Position numbers and translations under genes: made by a program. Shown in pieces: positions 39,855-47,964 of a stretch of 64,000 nucleotides of DNA. Position 1 is the stretch's first letter; every line of letters begins with the position of its first letter. Where the stretch lies: positions 64,001 through 128,000 of IMG/VR virus record IMGVR_UViG_3300018916_000001; one strand, given 5' to 3'. The stretch is from a virus. The notes under the pieces were generated by a model. The model was not told the origin of the DNA. It saw only the letters and a list, made by a program, of their open reading frames with translations, and made no database searches.

Positions 39855-40541
39855 CTAATGAATACTCCTCTCATTTTCTTTCTCCAGTAATTCTTCTAAC
39901 CAAGACTTAAATTCTTCTTTACTAAGTTCATCAAAAAACTCTCTAACATCTTTAAATTCTCTAAGCTCAGATTTAGGTGTATTGTGAAATTCTTCTATAA
40001 TTTCTCTCAAATGAGCTTGAAATTTAAAGTCATTATTTTCAACTTCATTTAACTTCTCATCAATTTCTTGTTCATTGTTTAAATCTTGTACTCCAATACT
40101 TAAGAGATAATTCTTCCACTTCTCTTCTTCTACTTGTTCTTTATAGAGTTTAGCTTTTACTATTCTCTCCGCCATTTCTCTATTTCTTAGCTGATCAGCT
40201 TCTTCTCCACAAATAGAAGAGAGTCCAGAAGGTATATGAGTTACTTGTGCGTAATACTCAACTCTAGCTGTTTTCTGGTCTTTACCTTCTTGAGTATCTA
40301 TAAACTTACATTTAAGTTCTTTTGGGTCTATATAGAAATCATCAGGTTCTTCGTATATAAGATTTTCATACTCTTGACTTTTCTCCAAAATAAGTTTGTA
40401 GATGTTAGAATCTTTACTTATTAAATAGATTATCTCTACTCCATTATCAGTAATTAGCTCTTGTACTGGTCTAAAATTATAGTCTGTTGAAAGATTAGGA
40501 TTTTTACTACTGAAACATTCTACAAATATAGTTTCTATCAT
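39855..40541 (-). CDS. Protein with a degenerate class I release-factor (RF-1) domain lacking GGQ
   Basis: IDPKELK.....EGKDQ......AQVTHIPSGL...C.E..DQLRNRE.A...VKAKL aligns to RF domain 3 (I...DLRI...SG.GGQ.VN....AVRITH.PTG....CQ.ERSQ..N...A...L.ARL). Confidence 0.7.
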   Translation of the reverse strand: MIETIFVECFSSKNPNLSTDYNFRPVQELITDNGVEIIYLISKDSNIYKLILEKSQEYENLIYEEPDDFYIDPKELKCKFIDTQEGKDQKTARVEYYAQVTHIPSGLSSICGEEADQLRNREMAERIVKAKLYKEQVEEEKWKNYLLSIGVQDLNNEQEIDEKLNEVENNDFKFQAHLREIIEEFHNTPKSELREFKDVREFFDELSKEEFKSWLEELLEKENERSIH

Positions 40542-40549
40542 TTTTTCTA

Positions 40550-40783
40550 TTAGATATATTTAGCCCAACGATTTCTTTCTTCATCTATAAACCAATCAAG
40601 TTCATCTAGCAAAACTACATCTTCGAGAGATACAGCTATTGAATTCTTATTATACCCAAAATATAATTTATCTTCTACTATATCTATTAAACATCTAGGT
40701 TCATAACTTAAAAGAATTCTCATACCTTCTAATACTTGAAAGGTAGAATTCATTTTTACATCTTCTATAATTACTTGTGTCAT
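40550..40783 (-). CDS. Hypothetical protein, paralog of 40784-41053
   Basis: G..IL..Y.P ... S..DV..L.E..W. Confidence 0.6.
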   Translation of the reverse strand: MTQVIIEDVKMNSTFQVLEGMRILLSYEPRCLIDIVEDKLYFGYNKNSIAVSLEDVVLLDELDWFIDEERNRWAKYI

Positions 40784-41053
40784 TTAATAATTTATATTAG
40801 ATAAATACCAGCCATACTCATATTTCCAAGAGAAAGTAGTAATAGAATTTTCTACCTTACTAAACTCCCATCCCCATTCTTTCAAATTTTTTACATCTTG
40901 TTCACTTATCTCTTTATCATCTGTATATAGAAGATAATATTGAGTTACACTTTCACAATATAAATGAAGGTTTGGATAATATCTTAGTAGAATTGAGAAC
41001 CCTCTTAGTAAACATTCAGTATCAAAGTTTTGAGGTTGAGGTATTTGAATCAT
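40784..41053 (-). CDS. Hypothetical protein, paralog of 40550-40783
   Basis: GFSILLRYYP ... SEQDVKNLKEWGW. Confidence 0.6.
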   Translation of the reverse strand: MIQIPQPQNFDTECLLRGFSILLRYYPNLHLYCESVTQYYLLYTDDKEISEQDVKNLKEWGWEFSKVENSITTFSWKYEYGWYLSNINY

Positions 41054-41073
41054 TTATCTAACTCCTATAAAAA

Positions 41074-41172
41074 TGTCCTACTCACGAATCGAACGTGAAT
41101 ACTACCTCATATAAGAGGCTGCTCTGACCCAAAGGACTGTGTTTATCAGATCTTCCGTTGAGCTAGTAGGAC
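41074..41172 (-). tRNA. tRNA-like RNA (probably derived from Ile-UAU) with a ~27-nt D-loop insert and a 6-nt anticodon loop
   Basis: GTCCTAC/GTAGGAC acceptor, U8A9, GCTC/GAGC D stem around a 35-nt loop, GCCTC TTATAT GAGGT, TCACG TTCGATT CGTGA, A73. Confidence 0.75.
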
Positions 41173-41179
41173 TTACAAA

Positions 41180-41365
41180 CTAATTAGTCTTTTGTATCCT
41201 CACTATTTTATTCTTTTTCTCTTCCTCTTTACGTTTTTCGTAATCACTTATGTGTTCCCCAGTCCACGACTCGTATAGTTCTTCTCTAATTAAAAGACCT
41301 CCAGTTACACAAGCAGCATTATAAGCAATAAAAAATCCAGTACCAATTATACTCATAGGTTCCAT
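41180..41365 (-). CDS. Small membrane protein
   Basis: N-terminal hydrophobic helix, charged tail, GAGG RBS. Confidence 0.55.
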   Translation of the reverse strand: MEPMSIIGTGFFIAYNAACVTGGLLIREELYESWTGEHISDYEKRKEEEKKNKIVRIQKTN

Positions 41366-41395
41366 AATCTTTTTACCTCTAGTTTTATTTTTCTT

Positions 41396-41665
41396 CTATA
41401 AATCATACATTAACTCTTCAACTCTTTCGTAACAATCATCGTAATACTTAGCTTCTCTTTCATCTACTACTTCTTCTATCTTTTCAATAACTACTCTAAA
41501 TCTTGTCCCTGTAGAAAAATCTCTAAGAAGTTTTTCAAGTTCTAGATACTCCTTTTCATTTAAAGTGAAAGCGTAAGAGATAAGTAGAGATAATACAGAA
41601 TAATTATCTGTTAACTCTTTATCTTTTATATCATCCCACCATTTTATAGTATTCAATTCAATCAT
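41396..41665 (-). CDS. Hypothetical protein
   Basis: 89-aa ORF. Confidence 0.55.
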   Translation of the reverse strand: MIELNTIKWWDDIKDKELTDNYSVLSLLISYAFTLNEKEYLELEKLLRDFSTGTRFRVVIEKIEEVVDEREAKYYDDCYERVEELMYDL

Positions 41666-42239
41666 TCTTTTCTTCTAACTCTCTTAGCTCTTTTTGTCTA
41701 TATCTAGGTAATTCATCATTATCGAAATTAACTTCATCACTGTAAAGACCCTCCAAGTGTTCCCATAAGTCAATAATTATTCTATCTTTCTCATTTTCTC
41801 TATATAAAAGCTTCCTAAATCTAGGAAACTCTTTCTTATACATTTTATAGAGCTTAAGATTATTATCAATGCTAAACTCTGTATTTACAATTCTATCGGC
41901 TAATTTAATAGTCAAAGCTGCATAATTCTCTCTAGTTTTTGGAGCTGTCTTCTCAAGTATTTCTTCTCTATTTTTACCTGGTTCATTGGTTAAATCAAAT
42001 ACCATATCTGCTACTTCACTACCAAATACTGATTTAAGAAGCTCGTAAGTAACAGGAGTATCTTCTAATGAATCATGTAACCAAGCACCAGAAAGTACAA
42101 TACCATCTTTTATACCAAACTCCTGTAAAGTTAGAACTACCTCTTCTAGATGTTTTGTATAAGGTAACTCCCCATAAAACTGATTTTTATGTACCAATCT
42201 AGCAAATAACTCTGCTTGTTCACTTAATAGCATTTTCAT
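41658..42239 (-). CDS. HD-domain hydrolase of the RelA/SpoT (Mesh1/small alarmone hydrolase) type
   Basis: A...H..Q...PY..HL..V, AWLHD.LEDT, V..LT and IKLADR..N motifs. Confidence 0.85.
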   Translation of the reverse strand: MKMLLSEQAELFARLVHKNQFYGELPYTKHLEEVVLTLQEFGIKDGIVLSGAWLHDSLEDTPVTYELLKSVFGSEVADMVFDLTNEPGKNREEILEKTAPKTRENYAALTIKLADRIVNTEFSIDNNLKLYKMYKKEFPRFRKLLYRENEKDRIIIDLWEHLEGLYSDEVNFDNDELPRYRQKELRELEEKND

Positions 42240-42522
42240 TTAATTTCTCTATATCTAATAACTTTGTGTTCAAGTAATCTAAACTGCACTTAGTTTGCTT
42301 TATTTGTCTTTCTAAATATTCCTTCTCTCTTATAAGAAAAACATCTACCTCTTTCTTCATCTTATCTATTAGCTGTTCTACTGTATCAGCGTAATGTCTA
42401 TAAATATAGTAGTAAATATCTGAATTATAAATCTTACTATATAACGTACCTATTAACTTTTGGTTTTTCTTACTTTGACAAATAGTTATATAAAAGCCTT
42501 TATAGTTAATTTGAGTTCGCAT
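42220..42522 (-). CDS. HicB-N-terminal-like domain protein (1 domain)
   Basis: YKGFYITI.......LIG......ADTVEQL...MK.EVD.FL. Confidence 0.55.
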   Translation of the reverse strand: MRTQINYKGFYITICQSKKNQKLIGTLYSKIYNSDIYYYIYRHYADTVEQLIDKMKKEVDVFLIREKEYLERQIKQTKCSLDYLNTKLLDIEKLNENAIK

Positions 42523-42524
42523 AG

Positions 42525-42896
42525 TTAACCTCCTACATTTTCCCTATTCATCCAATTAAGACAGTTAATAATTATATCTCCATGACACTTCTCATCTTCC
42601 TTACACCAACAGACTAATTTCAATGGTTCATGACCTAATTCCTCTCTAAATCTAATATCAGCTAATAACCAATCAAGAGTTTGTTTAGCTTCAGTATTAG
42701 CTTGAATTTGATTCCATAACCAACGTCTATATTTCTGTACTACCTCTTCTCTTGTACTGTCTTTACCAATCTTATACGGATTAGCTAATGTAGATTGAGG
42801 TAAACCAATATACTTACTGCCACGACCTATATAAAAACAATCTTTGTCAAACTCTATATCTTTTATGCAAACTCTTTTGACATTTAGCTTATTCAT
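42525..42896 (-). CDS. DUF4326 family protein
   Basis: YIGRG, S.LANPY, TREE....Y..WL, L.CWC....CHGDII. Confidence 0.85.
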   Translation of the reverse strand: MNKLNVKRVCIKDIEFDKDCFYIGRGSKYIGLPQSTLANPYKIGKDSTREEVVQKYRRWLWNQIQANTEAKQTLDWLLADIRFREELGHEPLKLVCWCKEDEKCHGDIIINCLNWMNRENVGG

Positions 42897-43110
42897 TAGT
42901 TATCTCTACTACTCTAGAATAATTTTGTGCTATCTCTAGTAGAAGTTCTGAGTTTTCTAACAACCAAATAGCTGCTTTTCTATTTTTATCTAAAAAACTA
43001 TAATCTGTTTCTATAGGTAATTGAGGATTATCCCACCAATCAGGATTACGTCTAGCTACATAAGGAAACTCTCTAAGTAATACTTTTATTTCGTCTTTAT
43101 TTATTTTCAT
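42889..43110 (-). CDS. Hypothetical protein
   Basis: 73-aa ORF. Confidence 0.5.
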   Translation of the reverse strand: MKINKDEIKVLLREFPYVARRNPDWWDNPQLPIETDYSFLDKNRKAAIWLLENSELLLEIAQNYSRVVEITNE

Positions 43111-43694
43111 TAGATAATCCCTAAACTTCTTAAGTCTTCTATATCACATCTCATAGCTAACTTAGAAAATAATCTATGACCAATATGAACTTTCCCTAAC
43201 TTACTCATTACTTGGTTCCATTTATAGAAATCCTGACCTAAATAGAACATTACTACTGGAAATGGTGAAGAATCTTTATTGCTCGTATTCTCAAATTTAA
43301 CCCTTTTATCTAACTCACAAAAGGGATAAGGATAAAGTAACTTATACTTCTGAGTAGATACATCAGACTTAATCAATATAACTGCTTTTTCTACTTTACC
43401 CTTTTCATAAGACTCGATTAATTTAGGAATTGCTAATTTAGATAGTGAGAAAGGCGGATTTAACCATACTCTTCCATACCAATCTTTAGTTAATCCATCA
43501 TCTTCTTTAGTGTAGATATTACTAGCTTTTATTGTTTTATTAGCTATTAGATTAGTCATTGGGTCTAAATCAATCCCACCCATAACTTCTCTAGCAGCTT
43601 CAATTAAATAGCTAGGAGTATTATGTTCGTCGGAGTTCTTAGACGTGAGAGTCTTTAATGTTTTCTTAGAGCTAGTAGAATCAATAATAATCAT
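43110..43694 (-). CDS. Phage DNA N6-adenine methyltransferase
   Basis: TP......AR.VMG.IDLDP, DDGL...W.G.VWLNPPF, RV.F. Confidence 0.85.
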   Translation of the reverse strand: MIIIDSTSSKKTLKTLTSKNSDEHNTPSYLIEAAREVMGGIDLDPMTNLIANKTIKASNIYTKEDDGLTKDWYGRVWLNPPFSLSKLAIPKLIESYEKGKVEKAVILIKSDVSTQKYKLLYPYPFCELDKRVKFENTSNKDSSPFPVVMFYLGQDFYKWNQVMSKLGKVHIGHRLFSKLAMRCDIEDLRSLGII

Positions 43695-43701
43695 AAAGTT
43701 A

Positions 43702-44133
43702 CTAATTCCTCTCTACTACTCTATTATCTATTTCAGTGTATATCTTAGGTGGAGGTAACAATTCCGGTACATAACCTATAACTCTTAAATCAACATTATA
43801 TTTTTTAGCATTATCGATTGTATGTTTTGTACCTTTACTCGTCCCATTCCAGAAACAAATACAGTGAGTAGCATATTTCAACATTTCAATATTTCTTACC
43901 ATTCCAGCGCTTTTACCTTTTTCCCAATCAGGTATAAATTTCTTTACTTTATAATCTCTACTTTTAGCATAAGCTTCTCCTAACCTATCTGCACCTCTAG
44001 CACCACCAGATACAATTTCTACTTCACATTCTTCTTTTAAAATTTCTTCTAGATATCTATCAACTTCTCTATCTAATAGTTCTGGATTATTAAAATCTCT
44101 AGAACCTGCAATAATCAATTTTATGTCTACCAT
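43702..44133 (-). CDS. SLOG-superfamily (YspA/DUF2493-like) protein
   Basis: IIAGSR.F, IVSGGARGAD.LGE.YA, AG..RN..M, FW.G.SKGT.H.I. Confidence 0.85.
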   Translation of the reverse strand: MVDIKLIIAGSRDFNNPELLDREVDRYLEEILKEECEVEIVSGGARGADRLGEAYAKSRDYKVKKFIPDWEKGKSAGMVRNIEMLKYATHCICFWNGTSKGTKHTIDNAKKYNVDLRVIGYVPELLPPPKIYTEIDNRVVERN

Positions 44134-44579
44134 TGTTTACCACTTTTATTGTAATTAACTAATTGATAATGAATATTCACTTGTTCTAATAGTTTATCAA
44201 TGTACTTCTCAAAAGAAGCTCTAACTCTTTCTATATTCTGTCCTTTAAAAGTAGGAGCTGCCATATTAGTACCAGGTAAACTACCTATTAATTTTCCAGA
44301 ACTATCTTTACTAACTCTTAATTTAAAGTCTTTATAGGTAAGAATTATACTATTGCTTTTCTCTAACTCTTTCTGTTTCTCATAGTATTCCTTTAAGCCT
44401 TCATCTACTTTCTTTTCAAACACTTCTCTTAATTCTTTTACGGTTACTCCAGATACATCGTAATAAACACCACTAGCTACAGGAAAATATTTATTCTTTC
44501 TAATTCTTCCTATTAAATAATCATCAGAATGAACATAAACATCTAAAATAAAACCTAGATACTCTAATGTATTACTCAT
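44127..44579 (-). CDS. Tandem HicB-N-like domain protein (2 domains)
   Basis: LEYLGF...LIGRI...G.TVKELREVFEKKVD and LTYKDF...LIG.L....TFKGQNIE.VRASFEKYID. Confidence 0.65.
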   Translation of the reverse strand: MSNTLEYLGFILDVYVHSDDYLIGRIRKNKYFPVASGVYYDVSGVTVKELREVFEKKVDEGLKEYYEKQKELEKSNSIILTYKDFKLRVSKDSSGKLIGSLPGTNMAAPTFKGQNIERVRASFEKYIDKLLEQVNIHYQLVNYNKSGKQW

Positions 44580-44598
44580 TTTTCTTTTCCTATAGAAG

Positions 44599-44623
44599 AA
44601 AAAGGGAGCTATTAAAACTCCCT
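44599..44623 (-). terminator. Intrinsic terminator
   Basis: AGGGAG...CTCCCT stem followed by TTTT on the - strand. Confidence 0.65.
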
Positions 44624-44633
44624 CATAAACTAC

Positions 44634-45494
44634 TTATTTACTATAATATCTATCGAAATAATCTTTCTTTACGTCTAATCTACTTAAATAGAGTAAATCT
44701 CCAAATAACTGATAAATATCTTCTAACTTTTCACTTAATGTACTAGCACTAAAATTAAGACTCACATCTTTCTCATATAATATATCTAAATGTTTTTGAT
44801 ATTGTTGCAATTCTGGTTCATGTATTTCTTCTTGCTTCACTTTCTCTACTACATTTTCAATATCTTCTATTCCTTCTGGAGATTCTATATTAATCAATCT
44901 TAATTTACTAGAATGACTACTATCATGTATAAATATAGGAGATAAATCTATATCTACATAACTAGCATTTTTATATTGATTGCTGTTAGTAATAAGTCTT
45001 AGATAACAAGTAATACCATTACTATGCTTAATAATATATAAGAGAACTTTCTTCGGTGTATTATTAGATACATTAAGGTAGTTTAGAAAAGATCTAAAAT
45101 ATTCATCTTTAATTAGCGCATATCTATACTCAAAAGAATTATCAACATACTCACTATATTCGGAAGACCTATAGTAGAGGTTAAATTTAATTTGAGTTGG
45201 ATCATCATCTCTAAAATCTCTAAACACTAGATTCTTGAATGCAAGAGTAATAATTTCACTTGTTGGATAAGATTTTTTATCTTCCATAGTATTTTCTTCT
45301 TTCTTAAGCTCAATGTTCATGATATATCCTAACTTACTAAAGATTTCGATTAGTGTTTCTACAGTCGGTACATTTTTGCCAGACTCAATTTTAGAAAGAT
45401 AAGGTTGTTCAATGCCAATAATCTTAGAGAACTGAACTTGAGTTAAACCTAAATCTTTCCTTATCTTAGTGATTTCTTTTGCAATGTTGAACAT
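44634..45494 (-). CDS. XRE-family HTH regulator with a C-terminal domain of unknown function
   Basis: IRKDLGLTQ..FS..IGIEQPYLSKIESGK..PTVETL. Confidence 0.85.
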   Translation of the reverse strand: MFNIAKEITKIRKDLGLTQVQFSKIIGIEQPYLSKIESGKNVPTVETLIEIFSKLGYIMNIELKKEENTMEDKKSYPTSEIITLAFKNLVFRDFRDDDPTQIKFNLYYRSSEYSEYVDNSFEYRYALIKDEYFRSFLNYLNVSNNTPKKVLLYIIKHSNGITCYLRLITNSNQYKNASYVDIDLSPIFIHDSSHSSKLRLINIESPEGIEDIENVVEKVKQEEIHEPELQQYQKHLDILYEKDVSLNFSASTLSEKLEDIYQLFGDLLYLSRLDVKKDYFDRYYSK

Positions 45495-45528
45495 AAAATT
45501 AAAGACTCCCTAATATTAGTAGAGAGTC
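45495..45528 (-). promoter_or_regulatory. Terminator-like hairpin that also occludes the SD of the XRE gene
   Basis: GACTCTCTA CTAATAT TAGGGAGTC TTTAATTTT ATG on the - strand. Confidence 0.5.
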
Positions 45529-45549
45529 ATAGCTTTTACATCTTAGATA

Positions 45550-45702
45550 TTACTTAGTCTTATCATTAAAACCAAAAATATCCTCGTAGTTTTTAGCAGC
45601 TTTCTTAAGCGATTCATTAGGTTCGGGTGAGTTTTCTATAATTTCCCATAGTTGTTCTGCATCTTCTCTACTCAACCTAATAGACTTACTAGACTTTTCC
45701 AT
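45550..45702 (-). CDS. Unannotated 50-aa DUF1778/TacA-type antitoxin C-terminal half (no RHH domain)
   Basis: MEKSSKSIRLSREDAEQLWEIIENSPEPNESLKKAAKNYEDIFGFNDKTK matches I.LS..D...F...L.NPP.PN..L..AA..Y. Confidence 0.75.
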   Translation of the reverse strand: MEKSSKSIRLSREDAEQLWEIIENSPEPNESLKKAAKNYEDIFGFNDKTK

Positions 45703-45805
45703 TTTTGGAGTTCGAGCAATTAGATTAAACTTGAGAGCTGTACGAGCTAACTATTGTCTAAATCCCATAATAAGTATCTCCTGTAAACGTTATATTTTAC
45801 TTCTA

Positions 45806-46270
45806 CTAATTACTATTTCTAAGATATGTACAATACGTTAACTCCTCTCTAGTTTGTTGCCTACTTAATATCCACTTACTATAATCAATATTCAAGTAAC
45901 AATCTCCAATAAAAGATCTATGTATATGAGTAATCACCATCATATTCGCCAAAGGTAAAAATAATTCATATATAGTTTTACCACCTATAACCCAAAAATC
46001 CCTATTAGTTTTTATTATTTCTTCTACACTTTTAGAAATTTTAACTTGAGTATAGTCTAGACTGTTCAATTTAGAACTTAAAACTATATTAGTTCTTCCT
46101 TTTAAAGGTTCTGAATTTAAATCATGTAAAAAGGTAGTAGCTCCCATGACTACTGTAGAATTAACGGTTAGTTCCTTAAATCTTTTTAAATCTTCGGAAT
46201 AATACCAAGGTAACTTGTTTTTATTACCTATTACATTGTTGAGGCTAATAGCACTAATTAGCTTTATCAT
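45806..46270 (-). CDS. folA: Dihydrofolate reductase
   Basis: N.VIG..NKLPW...EDLK.FK.LT, VMG..T, PL.GR.NIVLS, WVIGG..IY, GD.Y. Confidence 0.95.
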   Translation of the reverse strand: MIKLISAISLNNVIGNKNKLPWYYSEDLKRFKELTVNSTVVMGATTFLHDLNSEPLKGRTNIVLSSKLNSLDYTQVKISKSVEEIIKTNRDFWVIGGKTIYELFLPLANMMVITHIHRSFIGDCYLNIDYSKWILSRQQTREELTYCTYLRNSN

Positions 46271-47192
46271 AACCCCCTACAACGGTCAACGGAATGATAA
46301 TTGCGTCATTTGGTTTATAATTACTTATTTCAAAATCTTCAAATACAAAATCAGTTAAATAGTTTTGCCCTTTATCTTTCATATTTAGCTGTGGAAAAGG
46401 ACTAGGAGTACGCTCTAATTGTTTTTGCAGTGGTTCAATCTGGTCGGAATATATGTGAACATCATCTAACATAACAATCAACTCTCCTGGTTCATAGTTA
46501 CAACATTTAGAATACAGATGAGTTAATAATCCGTACTGAGCAATATTAAACCCTAGTCCCGTACCTATATCTGAACTCCTAAATTTAACACTTAGACTTA
46601 ATCTACTATTAGATACATTTACTGTGTAAGTGAAACCACAAGCAGGTAGTAATACACTCTCCCTACCACATTCATCTGCCATTGAGTATACTTCTTCTGG
46701 ATTCCAATAACTAACCACATAACTTTTTCTGTCTGGGTTTTTCTTAATACTATCAATTACCCATTTAGTTTGGTCTAAATAACCAGAATCAAATCTCCAT
46801 TTAGTGCTATTACTGTAATGGGTTGGAATAGTGAACACTTTACGTTTTAGTAAAATTTCTTCTACAAACTCTTCTAAAGAGATATTAGAATCAATATAAT
46901 TTTGTTGGTAGTATTTATATGCAAATTCATTCCAAATGTTTACTCTTTGCTGAGCTAGTTCTGCTACATTATTAGTTCCAGATAAAAACCATAGTATTTC
47001 TTTAAATGCGCCTTTCCAGAATAGTTTCTTAGTTGTAAGAATAGGAATACTATGGTTAGCCAGATTAAATCTAAGTAGCCTTCCAAATACAGAAAGAATA
47101 TATTTGTCTTCTACTCCATAAATAGCTTTTTTAGTACCATTAATCAAAACATCTCTAATTAAATCTAAATACTGCTGTTCTTCTAAATTCAT
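46254..47192 (-). CDS. thyA: Thymidylate synthase (divergent)
   Basis: P.LTTKK, E.LWFL.G, IW, LPAC, RS.D..G..FNIA.Y, D.HIY; adjacent to folA. Confidence 0.9.
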   Translation of the reverse strand: MNLEEQQYLDLIRDVLINGTKKAIYGVEDKYILSVFGRLLRFNLANHSIPILTTKKLFWKGAFKEILWFLSGTNNVAELAQQRVNIWNEFAYKYYQQNYIDSNISLEEFVEEILLKRKVFTIPTHYSNSTKWRFDSGYLDQTKWVIDSIKKNPDRKSYVVSYWNPEEVYSMADECGRESVLLPACGFTYTVNVSNSRLSLSVKFRSSDIGTGLGFNIAQYGLLTHLYSKCCNYEPGELIVMLDDVHIYSDQIEPLQKQLERTPSPFPQLNMKDKGQNYLTDFVFEDFEISNYKPNDAIIIPLTVVGGYDKAN

Positions 47193-47199
47193 AATATTA

Positions 47200-47898
47200 T
47201 TAATTTGATTGGTTTAATAAATAATGTTGAAAATCTAAGTCATTAGATAAATAATTTTCTGTACCGTAAAATCTATCCCAATGTTCTTCATAAAAGTTAA
47301 ACATATTAGTGAGTAATTTACTATTCAACTCTTCGAGGTCTAGAGTAATTAGTTCTTGTAAAAGTTGTCCATAAATTTGCTGTGTTTCTTCCACCTTCTC
47401 TGTTAAAATTTCTAGCTCCAATAAATAACCATAACCAGCATTTAGGTCGATAGTTGCAGTAACATCATCTTTAATAAATGTTTCTCTTTGTCTGCCCCAT
47501 TTACTACTATAAGTTAAACCTGCATTTAACAATAAATTGTCTAAAGTAATAAAGGATATATCTAATAGAACTTCATACTCCTTACGAATAGTTCCATTAC
47601 TACTATTCTCGTCAAATATTGAGTATTTAATAATAAAAAAACTTTCTCTATTATCTATACATCTAGTTCTAATACTAAACTTGTCACCTCTACCTATTAC
47701 GTTACTTAACTCTAATTCTTGATCTGTTGTTAAATAATCTCTTAAAATATCAAATAAATAAGCAAGAGAATAATCACTATAATTAAAATAATGATTTAAC
47801 TGAGTTTCTCTACTTATATAAATATAACCTTTCTCTAATAGCTTAGACTTAGTTATATTGTAATCTGGTATTAAAGCCTTAACTTCTACTTCAAACAT
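47200..47898 (-). CDS. CYTH-domain (triphosphate tunnel) protein
   Basis: EVEVK N-terminal motif, Q.N.YF, R.R, R.E.E, K..R.R..F, D...G.G..LELE. Confidence 0.85.
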   Translation of the reverse strand: MFEVEVKALIPDYNITKSKLLEKGYIYISRETQLNHYFNYSDYSLAYLFDILRDYLTTDQELELSNVIGRGDKFSIRTRCIDNRESFFIIKYSIFDENSSNGTIRKEYEVLLDISFITLDNLLLNAGLTYSSKWGRQRETFIKDDVTATIDLNAGYGYLLELEILTEKVEETQQIYGQLLQELITLDLEELNSKLLTNMFNFYEEHWDRFYGTENYLSNDLDFQHYLLNQSN

Positions 47899-47920
47899 TT
47901 TTCTTTCTCTCTAAAATAAT

Positions 47921-47945
47921 AAAAGGGCAGCTATTACACTACCCT
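47921..47945 (-). terminator. Intrinsic terminator
   Basis: AGGGTAG...CTGCCCT followed by TTT on the - strand. Confidence 0.6.
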
Positions 47946-47964
47946 ATAACTAAACGACTATTGA

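Noticed and set aside
39630-39890. The + strand 78-aa ORF, and a possible frameshifted - strand gene (MRGVFISPDF...SRDV / IDLNGNWKVY...)
   Set aside because: Neither has a recognisable homologue. The - strand join needs an indel outside a homopolymer, so it could not be supported.
45703-45780. Possible structured RNA upstream of the DUF1778-like ORF
   Set aside because: Only short AGCT pairings; no cloverleaf or recognisable riboswitch.
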